From an uncultured Nitrososphaerota archaeon (GTDB taxonomy: Archaea; Korarchaeota; Korarchaeia; Korarchaeales; Korarchaeaceae): a stretch of 28,336 nt of DNA. The notes beneath the pieces were generated by a model. The model was not told where the DNA came from and did no database searches. It was given only the letters and a program-made list of their open reading frames with translations. Positions 1 to 8,118 of this stretch are shown here, one piece after another. The DNA lies in the NCBI GenBank assembly GCA_964594835.1, contig CAZQNA010000015.1:1210-29545 (forward strand), given 5' to 3'. Position 1 is the stretch's first letter, and every line of letters begins with the position of its first letter. Position numbers and translations under genes: made by a program.

Positions 1-1459
1 CCCCGTCAAGCTCCCAGTGGTCGAACCTGTACCCCGAGCAGGGATTGGCGGTGGCGGTGACGGAGGTGCCGTCGGGATATGCGTAAGTGCTCCCGTCCCC
101 AAAGTCGGAGTTGGGCGGGTTCAGGTTGACCTGACAGCCTATAGAGGCTCCTCCCTCATCCTTGACCTCCACGGTGAGGGTGTACTGCCGGTCGAGGACC
201 CGGACGTGATAACCGTGATCCCCCACCACCACCTCAACGTCGCCGTCGCCGTCCACGTCGGCCACGGCGGGTCCGGTCTCCACGTCTCCGCTCATCGTGT
301 AAGTCCACTCCTCCGACCCGTCGCTGCCGCTGAGGCAGTAGACCTTATCGTCGTTGGATCCCACGATTACCTCCATGGCGCCGTCGCCGTCCACGTCGGC
401 CACGGCCGGTGGAGAGTACACTCGGTCCCCGGTGGCGTGGGACCACTCGATGTCCCCGTTGCTGCCGTTGAGGCAGTAGACCTTGTTGTCGTCGGCCCCG
501 ATCACCACCTCCATGGCGCCGTCCCCGTCCACGTCGGCCACGGCCGGGGAGGACTCCACGGGGGAGGCGAGGTATTTTGACCACTCGATGTTTCCGTTGC
601 TGCCGTTGAGGCAGTAGACCCAGCGGTTGCCCGACCCGATCACCACCTCCATGGCGCCGTCCCCGTCCACGTCGGCCAGAGCAGGGGACGAGTGGGTTAG
701 CAGTCCGCCCACGCTGCGCGTCCACTCAACGTTCCCGTTGCTGCCGTTGAGGCAGTAGACGTTGCCGTAAAAACCCCCGATCACCACCTCCATGGCGCCG
801 TCCCCGTCCACATCGGCCACGGCCGGGGAGTTGGGGTACGATTCCGTGGTTTTGGTCCACTCAACGTTCCCGTTGCTGCCGTTGAGGCAGTAGACCTTGC
901 CGTTAACGTCGGCGAGGACGACCTCCATGGCGCCGTCCCCGTCCACATCGGCCACGGCCGGGCTCCCGGTCACGTCGTTGTCAACGGTCTGCTGCCACTC
1001 CACGCTCCCGTCGCTGCCGTTGAGGCTGTATACGGTCTCCTCATTATTCCCGACCACTATCTCGACGGCGCCGTCCCCGTCCACATCGGCCGCGGCCGGG
1101 GTGACCAGGATCCCGTTCCCGAGGGTACCCAGCCGCTTGGTCCACTCCAGCGTGCCCGAGTCCCCGTCGAAGCAGTAGACCCAGCTGCGGCCGTCCGTCG
1201 CGACCACCTCCATCTCCCCGTCTCCGTCCACGTCGGCGGCTATGGGTCCGTTGGGCCAGAAGTGGAGGGTGTAATCCCACCTGGATATGGGGTTGGAGAG
1301 GTGCCCCGTCGCCGAGGTGTACCCCGTGTTCCTGGCGTCGTGGTGGAACATGGGCCAGTCCGCCGACCCCTGGGCGTGGGACCCTCCGAGCGTGAGAGCT
1401 AGAATTAGGCCCAGGAGGACGAGTGTCGCTGAGAGAAGAATCCTCCGCCCGGGCTGCAT
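1..1459 (-). CDS. Secreted/surface beta-propeller protein with 8 FG-GAP-like (DxDGDG)/PQQ-like repeats; 3' end beyond the window
   Basis: Not in the ORF track because there is no stop inside the window. Manual translation from ATG 1459 (GGTGA SD upstream): MQPGRRILLSATLVLLGLILALTLGGSHAQ (signal peptide), DWPMFHHDARNTGY (typical N-terminus of PQQ-like propellers), 8 copies of (S)PAVADVDGDGAMEVV.G....VYCLNGSNG.VEW, then YTLTVEV...VTATANPCSGYRFDHWELDG (InlB-B-repeat-like beta domain). Confidence 0.88.
   Translation of the reverse strand, partial: MQPGRRILLSATLVLLGLILALTLGGSHAQGSADWPMFHHDARNTGYTSATGHLSNPISRWDYTLHFWPNGPIAADVDGDGEMEVVATDGRSWVYCFDGDSGTLEWTKRLGTLGNGILVTPAAADVDGDGAVEIVVGNNEETVYSLNGSDGSVEWQQTVDNDVTGSPAVADVDGDGAMEVVLADVNGKVYCLNGSNGNVEWTKTTESYPNSPAVADVDGDGAMEVVIGGFYGNVYCLNGSNGNVEWTRSVGGLLTHSSPALADVDGDGAMEVVIGSGNRWVYCLNGSNGNIEWSKYLASPVESSPAVADVDGDGAMEVVIGADDNKVYCLNGSNGDIEWSHATGDRVYSPPAVADVDGDGAMEVIVGSNDDKVYCLSGSDGSEEWTYTMSGDVETGPAVADVDGDGDVEVVVGDHGYHVRVLDRQYTLTVEVKDEGGASIGCQVNLNPPNSDFGDGSTYAYPDGTSVTATANPCSGYRFDHWELDG
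225..1240 (-). repeat. Intragenic tandem repeat, 8 units of about 138-150 bp (propeller blades)
   Basis: ccacctccatggcgccgtccccgtccac(g/a)tcggcc and cccgttgctgccgttgaggcagtagac recur almost identically near 255, 395, 530, 670, 810, 945, 1085 and 1230. Confidence 0.9.
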
Positions 1460-1590
1460 CGAAGGTCACCATCAACCTTCTTTGGAGCTAGCCCCATTGG
1501 AAGACAAGGATCAGAAGGAGGGAGCGCCGACGAAGACGCCCTCGACCTTCAAATCCCTGCCTCCGCAGGGCTGGATCGGTGGGCTGCGTC

Positions 1591-1605
1591 TTTATTTTAT
1601 TAACA
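1591..1605 (-). promoter_or_regulatory. Candidate TATA-like promoter of the propeller gene
   Basis: AT-rich island (minus strand TGTTAATAAAATAAA) in GC-rich DNA, about 130 bp upstream of ATG 1459. Confidence 0.35.
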
Positions 1606-1756
1606 TTGCCAGCCTACTTGCCATGGATCTCTTCGGGTAGGGCCAGCTGGGCGATATTCAAGTCAACAGTCAAAGCGTGTGATTAACGGAGTCGCGCGAT
1701 CCTGCGCCCCTCCAGGTCCTCAGCTCCCTCGCCGGGCTGAACCTAGATCCGCCCTC

Positions 1757-2149
1757 TCAGTCCAAGATTATGCTCCAGTAACTCACGAGAGTGAAGAGGA
1801 CCGTCATACCAGCCAAGGCCACTCCGAACTCCCTCCACCTCTCCCCCAGCAGGCCCGCAGAGATCGAGGCGCTTAGGGCCATGAACGCGGACGGGACGCC
1901 CGCGACCAGCAGGAGAAAGCGGATTGCCCAGTCTGGAATTCTCCCGTACAGGATGGGCAGATCCAGGGCCTGCGCGCCCATCGCCGAGAGGGTGGCGGAG
2001 CCGACAAGAACCGAGAACAGGATGGATCTGCCGTCAAACATCCTCCAAGAGGCTCTGAAGAAGACGTAGATCCACAGCATCGTGAAGAGGGGCTGAAGTA
2101 GATGCGAAAGCCCGTAAAACGAGCGGAAGAGCTGCCTACTGTAGGCCAT
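1757..2149 (-). CDS. Hypothetical multi-pass membrane protein (start uncertain; coding frame probably extends to about 2216)
   Basis: Four to five hydrophobic segments (WIITAVVPIALWAM, LLQPLFTMLWIYVFF, ILFSVLVGSATLSAM, FLLLVAGVPSAFMAL, FGVALAGMTVLFTLVSYW). The first in-frame ATG is 2149; the track start at 2395 overlaps the AOR gene. Confidence 0.6.
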   Translation of the reverse strand: MAYSRQLFRSFYGLSHLLQPLFTMLWIYVFFRASWRMFDGRSILFSVLVGSATLSAMGAQALDLPILYGRIPDWAIRFLLLVAGVPSAFMALSASISAGLLGERWREFGVALAGMTVLFTLVSYWSIILD

Positions 2150-2255
2150 CGCCCAGAGGGCGATGGGGACGACTGCCGTGATGATCCAGCCCCCGACGCA
2201 GGCCCAGAACTCCCATGATCGTCGACCCGCTCCGGCGGATCTACGTGTCCCGTGG

Positions 2256-2285
2256 CTTAAATTCCCAACAAGGGAAGAAAGAGTC
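2256..2285 (-). terminator. Candidate terminator after the last AOR gene
   Basis: Minus strand TCTTTCTTCCCTTGTTGGGAATTTAA: pyrimidine tract plus a TTCCC/GGGAA inverted repeat (2262-2276) just after the stop at 2298. Confidence 0.4.
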
Positions 2286-2297
2286 GCGGGGAGGGAA

Positions 2298-4232
2298 TCA
2301 CGGTGGGATCCTGATTCCCCTCCTCTCAAGCTCTCCTGCCTCCTTCTCCAGCCCCAGCTCCCCCAATCTAGCCCTCCTCGGGATTCCCGTCTCAACGTCC
2401 CACTTCCTGTACTGGTAGTACTCGTCGAGCATCTGGTCCAGCTCGACGACCTGCCCCTTGGCTGGCCCCCTGGGCATCGGCACCTTGGTGAACCTCTCTG
2501 GCAGCGAGTCGTCCTTCCTGGTCAGGCCCTCCCTCACGTTGAACAGCCTCTGGAGGTTCACTATCCTAGCGCCGATCAGCCTGAGGTCCGCCTCTGTGTA
2601 CCTCTTCCCGGTCACCAGCGTCAGGGCCTCCGCTATGTCTGGATAGAAGAACACGGGCGGGATGATGGTGCCGTACTTGCACAGGCCGACGGCCTCGACC
2701 ACGGCGCCGAAGTCCTCCAGCTCCGCTACCATGATCCCCTTGTACTTGGGGTTGAGCCTGTCGGTCATCTCGGGCAGGTACTGCTCCCCGAACCTCTCGA
2801 CTATCTCCCTCTCGAAGCCCACCTCGTCCAGCACCGGGAACGCGTAGAGGTGGTCTGCCCCGCGGTTGGAGGTGGCGTGGGCCAGGCCCATGCTCTTCTG
2901 GGCCCTGCCGTCCTGCGCGGCTATCTCCATCTTCTTCACGTGCATGGCGTACTTCTCGGTCCCCCTCTCGACCTTCTTGGCGGCCCGGTAGACGCCCTCG
3001 GCCAGCAGGTCCCCGAAGCCCTTCCTGAGGGCGATCATCTCGATCAGCTGGACTATGAGGTCCGGGTCCCCCCACTCGAGCTCCAGGCCTCCCGTGTCCT
3101 CCTTGGTGAGGAGGCCCTTCTCCCAGCACTCCATGGCCCAGGCTATGACGCCTCCGGTGGATATGACGTCCATCCCGTAGAGGTTGCACAGGTGGTTGGC
3201 GTAGATCAGGGCCTCCAGGTCGCTGTTCCCCACGTTGGCCCCCAGCGCGTCCAGACCCTCGTACTCCGGCCCCTTCCCTATCATCGCGTACTTGCCCGAC
3301 GGCACCCGGACGAACCGGCCGCACCTCTGGTAGCAGGCGAAGTCCGCCTTTGGCTTGAGCAGGTACTCCCTAGTCACCCTCTCGCCGGAGATCTTCTCCC
3401 ACTCGTCGAACACGCCCTCCCTGTGGTTGTACGCTGGAAGCCTCCCTATGGCCTGCATGAGCTCGACCAGGCTGTTCGTGCCGTATTTCACCCTGTCGGG
3501 CGTGAACGGGTGGGCGAGCATCCTCCGGCCGTACTCGATCATGGTCTCGTAGAACTCGTCGGGCCTGGCCACCTTGATGGGCCTGTACCCCCTGGCCGCG
3601 ATGGCCTTGAGCCTCTTGGAGCCCATTACCGCCCCTATGCCCGCCCTGGCCGCGGCCCTGCCGTGGTCGTTGAAGACTCCGGCGAACCTCACCAGGTTCT
3701 CGCCGGCCTGACCTATCACGGCCACCTTCACCTGCCTGTCCCCGAGCTCCTCCTTGATCACGTCCTCCGTCTCGTAGGTCGTCCTCCCCCAGAGGTGGCT
3801 GGCGTCCCTTATCTCGGCCTTCCCGTCCTCGACGTAGATGTAGACCGGCTTGTCAGACCTGCCGGTGACCACGACCGCGTCGAATCCGGCGAACTTGAGC
3901 TCGGCGCCGAAGTGCCCGGCGGCGTGCGCCTCCCCGTAGACGTCAGTTAGCGGGGACTTGGCGGCTACTATGTGCCTGCTGGCCTGCGGGAATATCGTGC
4001 CGGTCAGGACTCCCGTGGCCAGTATGAAGACGTTGTCTGCGCTGAGCGGATCGACCTCGGGGCCAACGAGGTCGAACAGCCACCTGGCGGCGAATCCCGT
4101 TCCACCCAGGTAGTTCAGCGCGAGTTCCTCCTCGAGGGGCTTGGTGACAACCTTCTGTCGGGTCAGGTCGACCCACAGGACCTGACCCGCCCAACCCCCG
4201 TACCTCTCGGCGACTCCAGGAGACTCATCCAT
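2298..4232 (-). CDS. aor: Tungsten-dependent aldehyde:ferredoxin oxidoreductase family protein (paralog 3), 644 aa
   Basis: GWAGQVLWVDLT, YLGGTG, AKSPLT, GHFGAELKFAGFD, GQAGENLVRFA, AARAGIGAVMGSKRLKAI, GPEYE, YGMDVISTG, SNRGADH, RLFNVREG..RKDDSLPERF. Start reset to ATG 4232 behind GGAGGTGA; the 840-aa track ORF is an out-of-frame overlap extension. Confidence 0.93.
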   Translation of the reverse strand: MDESPGVAERYGGWAGQVLWVDLTRQKVVTKPLEEELALNYLGGTGFAARWLFDLVGPEVDPLSADNVFILATGVLTGTIFPQASRHIVAAKSPLTDVYGEAHAAGHFGAELKFAGFDAVVVTGRSDKPVYIYVEDGKAEIRDASHLWGRTTYETEDVIKEELGDRQVKVAVIGQAGENLVRFAGVFNDHGRAAARAGIGAVMGSKRLKAIAARGYRPIKVARPDEFYETMIEYGRRMLAHPFTPDRVKYGTNSLVELMQAIGRLPAYNHREGVFDEWEKISGERVTREYLLKPKADFACYQRCGRFVRVPSGKYAMIGKGPEYEGLDALGANVGNSDLEALIYANHLCNLYGMDVISTGGVIAWAMECWEKGLLTKEDTGGLELEWGDPDLIVQLIEMIALRKGFGDLLAEGVYRAAKKVERGTEKYAMHVKKMEIAAQDGRAQKSMGLAHATSNRGADHLYAFPVLDEVGFEREIVERFGEQYLPEMTDRLNPKYKGIMVAELEDFGAVVEAVGLCKYGTIIPPVFFYPDIAEALTLVTGKRYTEADLRLIGARIVNLQRLFNVREGLTRKDDSLPERFTKVPMPRGPAKGQVVELDQMLDEYYQYRKWDVETGIPRRARLGELGLEKEAGELERRGIRIPP

Positions 4233-4240
4233 ACTCGCTC

Positions 4241-5599
4241 TCACCTCCACCTGCCCATCCTGACGAACTCCCCGTGGCCGGGGCGCCCGACGGGCTCGCC
4301 GTCCTGGGCAACGACCTCTCCTCGCACGGTGACCAGGACGGGCCAGCCCCTGACGACGATCCCCTCGTAGGGCGTCCAGCCCACCTTGTAGTGGAGCCTG
4401 TCGGCCTTGATCTCGACCTCCAGGTTCTGGTCGTAGATGACGAGGTCCGCGTCGGACCCGGGGGCCAGCTCGCCCTTCCTGGGGTACATCCCGAACGCCT
4501 TGGCCGGGTTGGCGCAGAGGGCCGCGCAGAGCACGGTGGGCGGTATCCCCCACCTGTGGAGGCCCTCGCTCATGGACACCGGGAGCAGGGTCTCCACCCC
4601 GGGGATGCCCCCCCAGGCCTCCCAGATGTCGTCCCAGCCGACCTCCTTCTCCTCCCTGGTGCCGGGGGCGTGGTCCGTGGCTATCATGTCCACGCCGCCG
4701 GTGAGGAGGGCCTCCCAGAGCCCCCTGACGTCCTCCTTGGTCCTGAGGGGCGGCGTCATCTTGAGGTAGGGCCCCCACCTCTTGACGTCGTCCTTCGTGA
4801 AGACCAGGTAGTGCACGCACGTCTCCGACGTCACCCTGAGCCCCCTGGCCTTGGCGTGGGCCGCCAGCTCGGCCCCCCTGGCCGTGTTCAGGTGGGCAAC
4901 GTGGTAGTGCCCGCCCACCCGGGCGACGGACTCGATGATCCGGGCCACCGCGACCACCTCGGCCTCCGGGGGTCGAGAGTCGTGGTGGGCCAGGGGATCC
5001 TTCCTCCCCTCGACGTCCCTGACCCTGTGAACCCCCCTCTCTATCACCTGATCGTCCTCCGAGTGGACCACGATCCTTCCTCCCAGCTCCGAAGCCCTGA
5101 TCAGGAGCTCCTCTATGTAGTCGTAGCCGGCCAGGAAGGGCTTGGTGGTGAACGCCTTGAAGGAGAGGATGCCCATCTCCGCCAGCTCCGGCATCCTCCT
5201 CAGGTGCTCCTCGCTGGTCATCATGCCCGCGTGCAGGCTGAAGTCGACGAGGGACTCCCTCTCTCCGACCTCTATCTTCTGCCTGGCCAGCTCCGGCATG
5301 ACGGTGAGCACCAGGGGCATGTCTATGAGCAGGGTAACGCCGCCGGCCGCGGCGGCCTCACTCCCGCTCCTCCAGTCCTCCCTGTGCGTGTAGTCGGGGT
5401 CGTAGATGTGCGCGTGCGCGTCTATGGCACCGGGCATCAGGATCTTCCCGTCGGCGTCCACGACCTGGGAGGCCTCCGGCAGGTGGGGGTCCTTTGCCAG
5501 GGCCACGATCTTCCCGTCCTGGACGGCGACGCCAGCTCCCTCGACCGTGAACTGGGAGGTCAGGACCCGGGCGCCCCTGACCACGAGGTCGACCGTCAT
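4241..5599 (-). CDS. Cyclic amidohydrolase, allantoinase/dihydropyrimidinase (hydantoinase)/dihydroorotase family
   Basis: MPGAIDAHAH (HxH), GSEAAAAGGVT..IDMP, SFKAF (carboxylated Lys), VHSED, HVAH, ETCVHYL, KMTPPLR, ATDHAP, AWGGIPGVE, KGELAPGSDADLVI. Confidence 0.9.
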   Translation of the reverse strand: MTVDLVVRGARVLTSQFTVEGAGVAVQDGKIVALAKDPHLPEASQVVDADGKILMPGAIDAHAHIYDPDYTHREDWRSGSEAAAAGGVTLLIDMPLVLTVMPELARQKIEVGERESLVDFSLHAGMMTSEEHLRRMPELAEMGILSFKAFTTKPFLAGYDYIEELLIRASELGGRIVVHSEDDQVIERGVHRVRDVEGRKDPLAHHDSRPPEAEVVAVARIIESVARVGGHYHVAHLNTARGAELAAHAKARGLRVTSETCVHYLVFTKDDVKRWGPYLKMTPPLRTKEDVRGLWEALLTGGVDMIATDHAPGTREEKEVGWDDIWEAWGGIPGVETLLPVSMSEGLHRWGIPPTVLCAALCANPAKAFGMYPRKGELAPGSDADLVIYDQNLEVEIKADRLHYKVGWTPYEGIVVRGWPVLVTVRGEVVAQDGEPVGRPGHGEFVRMGRWR

Positions 5600-7563
5600 T
5601 CGGCCTCTCCTACCCCTCCCGCGCCCTCGGGGGGCTGCTCAGTCCTGGGAAGCTTTCCGAGGCGCTCCAGCTCGTCGGCGACGTCCTCCAGGCCGAGATC
5701 CACGAGCTTCTCCCTCGTGGGCAGTCCGGTCTCGAGGTCCCAACCCCTCAGGGTGTAGTACTCGTCCAGCATCACGTCCAGGTTGACGACCTGCCCCTTC
5801 GCCGGTCCGGCCGGCATGGGCTCCTTGGTGAACCTCTCCGGGAGGGTGTCGTCCCTCCTCGTTATCCCGAGCCTGACGTTGAACGCCCTCTTGAGGTTGT
5901 TGATCCTCTCGCCGATCAGCCACATCTTCCTGACGTCCTTGAAGGCCTCCTCTCCCGTGACCAGGTAGGCTAGCTTGGCGAAGTCGTCCATCCAGAATAT
6001 CGGCGGCCAGCCGACCGTGTACCAGCACACGATGAGCGAGTCCCTCACGGCGTAGGCGTCCTCGTGCATCTTCACGGCCAGCCCCTTGTAGGCCTCGGAG
6101 TACCCGTTGACCACCCCCTCCACCTTGTCCTCTCCGAACCTCTCCCTGGCCGTGTCCCAGTAGGCGAGCTGGTCCACGGTCACGAGGGACCTCATGTGGT
6201 CAGCGCCCCTGGCCGACACCGCATGCGTCAGGCCTGCGGACCTGTGGGCCCTGCCATCCTGCCCAGAGATCTCCAGGCCCTTGACGTGCATCGCGTACTT
6301 CTCGGAGCCCCTGCCGATCCTCTGGGCCATGGCCCTGACTCCCTCGGCCATGAGGTCCCCGAAGCCCCTCCTGAACACGATCATGTCCAGGGCCTCGAGC
6401 ATGGCGTGGTAGTCTCCCCACCTGAGCTCCAAGCCCCCAGTGTCTCCCTTGGTCAGTATGCCCCTCTCAAAGAGCTCCATCACGAAGGACATCGTCTTCC
6501 CGGCGGATATCACGTCGACGCCGTACCTGTTGCACAGCAGGTTGAGCCTGAGGATCGCGGGCAGGCTGTCGCACATGGCGCTGGAGCCGAAGGCGAAGAC
6601 GGCCTCGTACTCGGGGCCGCCGGTGAAGGTGCCGGCGAACTCTCCGGCCCTCACGAGATGCTTCTTCTTGCAGGCCGTGCTGCAGCCGAAGCAGGACTTC
6701 GTGGCCACCCAGTACTTCTCCCTGAGCGTCTCCGCGTCTATTTGGTGGTAGCGGTCGAACACCCCCACCCAGTGGTTCTTGGTGGGGAGCTCGCCGATGG
6801 CCTGCTTCACCGCCACCAGCATGGGGGTGCCGTACCTCCTCAGCTCCATGGCCTGATCGGACTCCAAGACCCTCCTGTGCCCCTCCAGGGCGAACTCGTA
6901 GAACTCGTCCGGGTGGGCCACCTCGACAGCCCCGAACCCCCTCACCGCTATCGCCTTGAGCCTCTTAGAGCCCATGACGGCTCCCATGCCGGTCCTGCCG
7001 AACGCGTCGTGGTAGTTGGTGATTATGGCCGCGTACTTCACCAGGTTCTCGCCGGCCTGCCCGATGCTGGCCACCTGCACCGCCGGGTCCCCGAGCTCCT
7101 CCCTGATCGCCTCCGTGGTCTCGTACGTGTCCTTGCCCCAGAGGTGACCGGCGTCCCTGATCTCCACCTTCCCGTCGTAGATGGAGAGGTAGACCGGCTT
7201 GCTCGAGGCGCCCTCCACCACGATCATGTCGTAGCCCGCGTACTTGATCTCAGGCCCGAAGTGACCGCCGGAGTGGGACTCGCCCCATATGCCGGTCAGG
7301 GGGGACTTGGACACCGCGACGACCCTGCCGGACGTGTGCCAGATGGTGCCCGTGACGGGCCCCGTGGCTATGATCAGCTTATTGTCCGGGCCCAGCGGGT
7401 TAACGCCGGGACCGACCTCCTCCCAGAGGAGCCTGGCCGCCATGCCGTCGCCGCCGAGGTACTTGCGGGCCCACTCCTTGGGCGTGTCGACCTCCCTGAC
7501 CCTGCCAGAGCTGAGGTCGACCCGCAGTATCTTACCAGCGTACCCCTTGTACCGGAGGCGCAA
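5596..7563 (-). CDS. aor: Tungsten-dependent aldehyde:ferredoxin oxidoreductase family protein (paralog 2), 655 aa
   Basis: GYAGKILRVDLS, KSPLTG, GRTGMGAVMGSKRLKAI, CFGCSTAC, GPEYE, GVDVISAG, RGADH, SLIVC, DDTLPERF. TTG start; the stop overlaps the next ATG (ATGA). Confidence 0.94.
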   Translation of the reverse strand: MRLRYKGYAGKILRVDLSSGRVREVDTPKEWARKYLGGDGMAARLLWEEVGPGVNPLGPDNKLIIATGPVTGTIWHTSGRVVAVSKSPLTGIWGESHSGGHFGPEIKYAGYDMIVVEGASSKPVYLSIYDGKVEIRDAGHLWGKDTYETTEAIREELGDPAVQVASIGQAGENLVKYAAIITNYHDAFGRTGMGAVMGSKRLKAIAVRGFGAVEVAHPDEFYEFALEGHRRVLESDQAMELRRYGTPMLVAVKQAIGELPTKNHWVGVFDRYHQIDAETLREKYWVATKSCFGCSTACKKKHLVRAGEFAGTFTGGPEYEAVFAFGSSAMCDSLPAILRLNLLCNRYGVDVISAGKTMSFVMELFERGILTKGDTGGLELRWGDYHAMLEALDMIVFRRGFGDLMAEGVRAMAQRIGRGSEKYAMHVKGLEISGQDGRAHRSAGLTHAVSARGADHMRSLVTVDQLAYWDTARERFGEDKVEGVVNGYSEAYKGLAVKMHEDAYAVRDSLIVCWYTVGWPPIFWMDDFAKLAYLVTGEEAFKDVRKMWLIGERINNLKRAFNVRLGITRRDDTLPERFTKEPMPAGPAKGQVVNLDVMLDEYYTLRGWDLETGLPTREKLVDLGLEDVADELERLGKLPRTEQPPEGAGGVGEAE

Positions 7564-7566
7564 CCC

Positions 7567-8070
7567 TCACACCTCTGCCCTCCTCGGGGCCATCAGGTTC
7601 TGGGCCACCTCCTGCATCCTGAGGGCCACCATCCTCCTCTTGGTATCGTCGGCCTGGTCGGCCCTGACCCACTTGATGGCGCCAGTGGGGCAGATCCTGG
7701 CGCACTGCGGGTTCCCGCCGCACCAGTCGCACTTCAGGATGCTGTTGGTCTCGGCGTCCCACCCCACGCCGCCGAACGGGCAGGCCGTGATGCAGGACTT
7801 GCACCCTATGCACCTCTCGGGGTCGTACTCTACCAGGCCCGTCTCCTCGTTCTTCCACAGGGCGCTCGTGGGGCAGGCGGCCACGCAGGGGGCGTCGTCG
7901 CACTGGAGGCAGGTCACGGGCACGTCCAGCCCGCGGTCCTCGAACTTCACCACGGTGATCCTAGACCTAGATGGCTGGATCACCTTGTAGTGGTAGAAGG
8001 AGCACGCCCCCTCGCAGAGCCTGCACCCGCTACACAGCTCGGGCGTTATCAGCAACATCATCTGAACCAC
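7567..8070 (-). CDS. 4Fe-4S dicluster electron-transfer subunit (DmsB/CooF-like), partner of AOR paralog 2
   Basis: CSGCRLCEGAC, CLQCDDAPCVAACP, CIGCKSCITACP, KCDWCGGNPQCARICP. Likely GTG start 8070 after GGAGG. Confidence 0.9.
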   Translation of the reverse strand: MVQMMLLITPELCSGCRLCEGACSFYHYKVIQPSRSRITVVKFEDRGLDVPVTCLQCDDAPCVAACPTSALWKNEETGLVEYDPERCIGCKSCITACPFGGVGWDAETNSILKCDWCGGNPQCARICPTGAIKWVRADQADDTKRRMVALRMQEVAQNLMAPRRAEV

Positions 8071-8104
8071 AAGACCACCTCCCAACCGAATCCTCCCGTC
8101 CAAC

Positions 8105-8117
8105 GGGAAGGGAAAAA
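8105..8117 (-). terminator. Possible internal oligo-T terminator/attenuator
   Basis: Minus strand TTTTTCCCTTCCC directly after the stop at 8119. Confidence 0.3.
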
Positions 8118-8118
8118 C

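Noticed and set aside
225-1240. Regularly spaced near-identical 30-37 bp repeats resembling a CRISPR array
   Set aside because: The period is about 140 bp and in frame, the 'spacers' are homologous to each other, the region translates as propeller blades, and there are no cas genes.
4233-4820. Apparent 196-aa N-terminal extension or fusion on the 840-aa AOR ORF (similar extensions at 9307-9438, 17149-17304 and 18917-19147)
   Set aside because: Low-complexity text overlapping another gene in a different frame or a promoter; downstream starts with SD-like sites give family-typical lengths.
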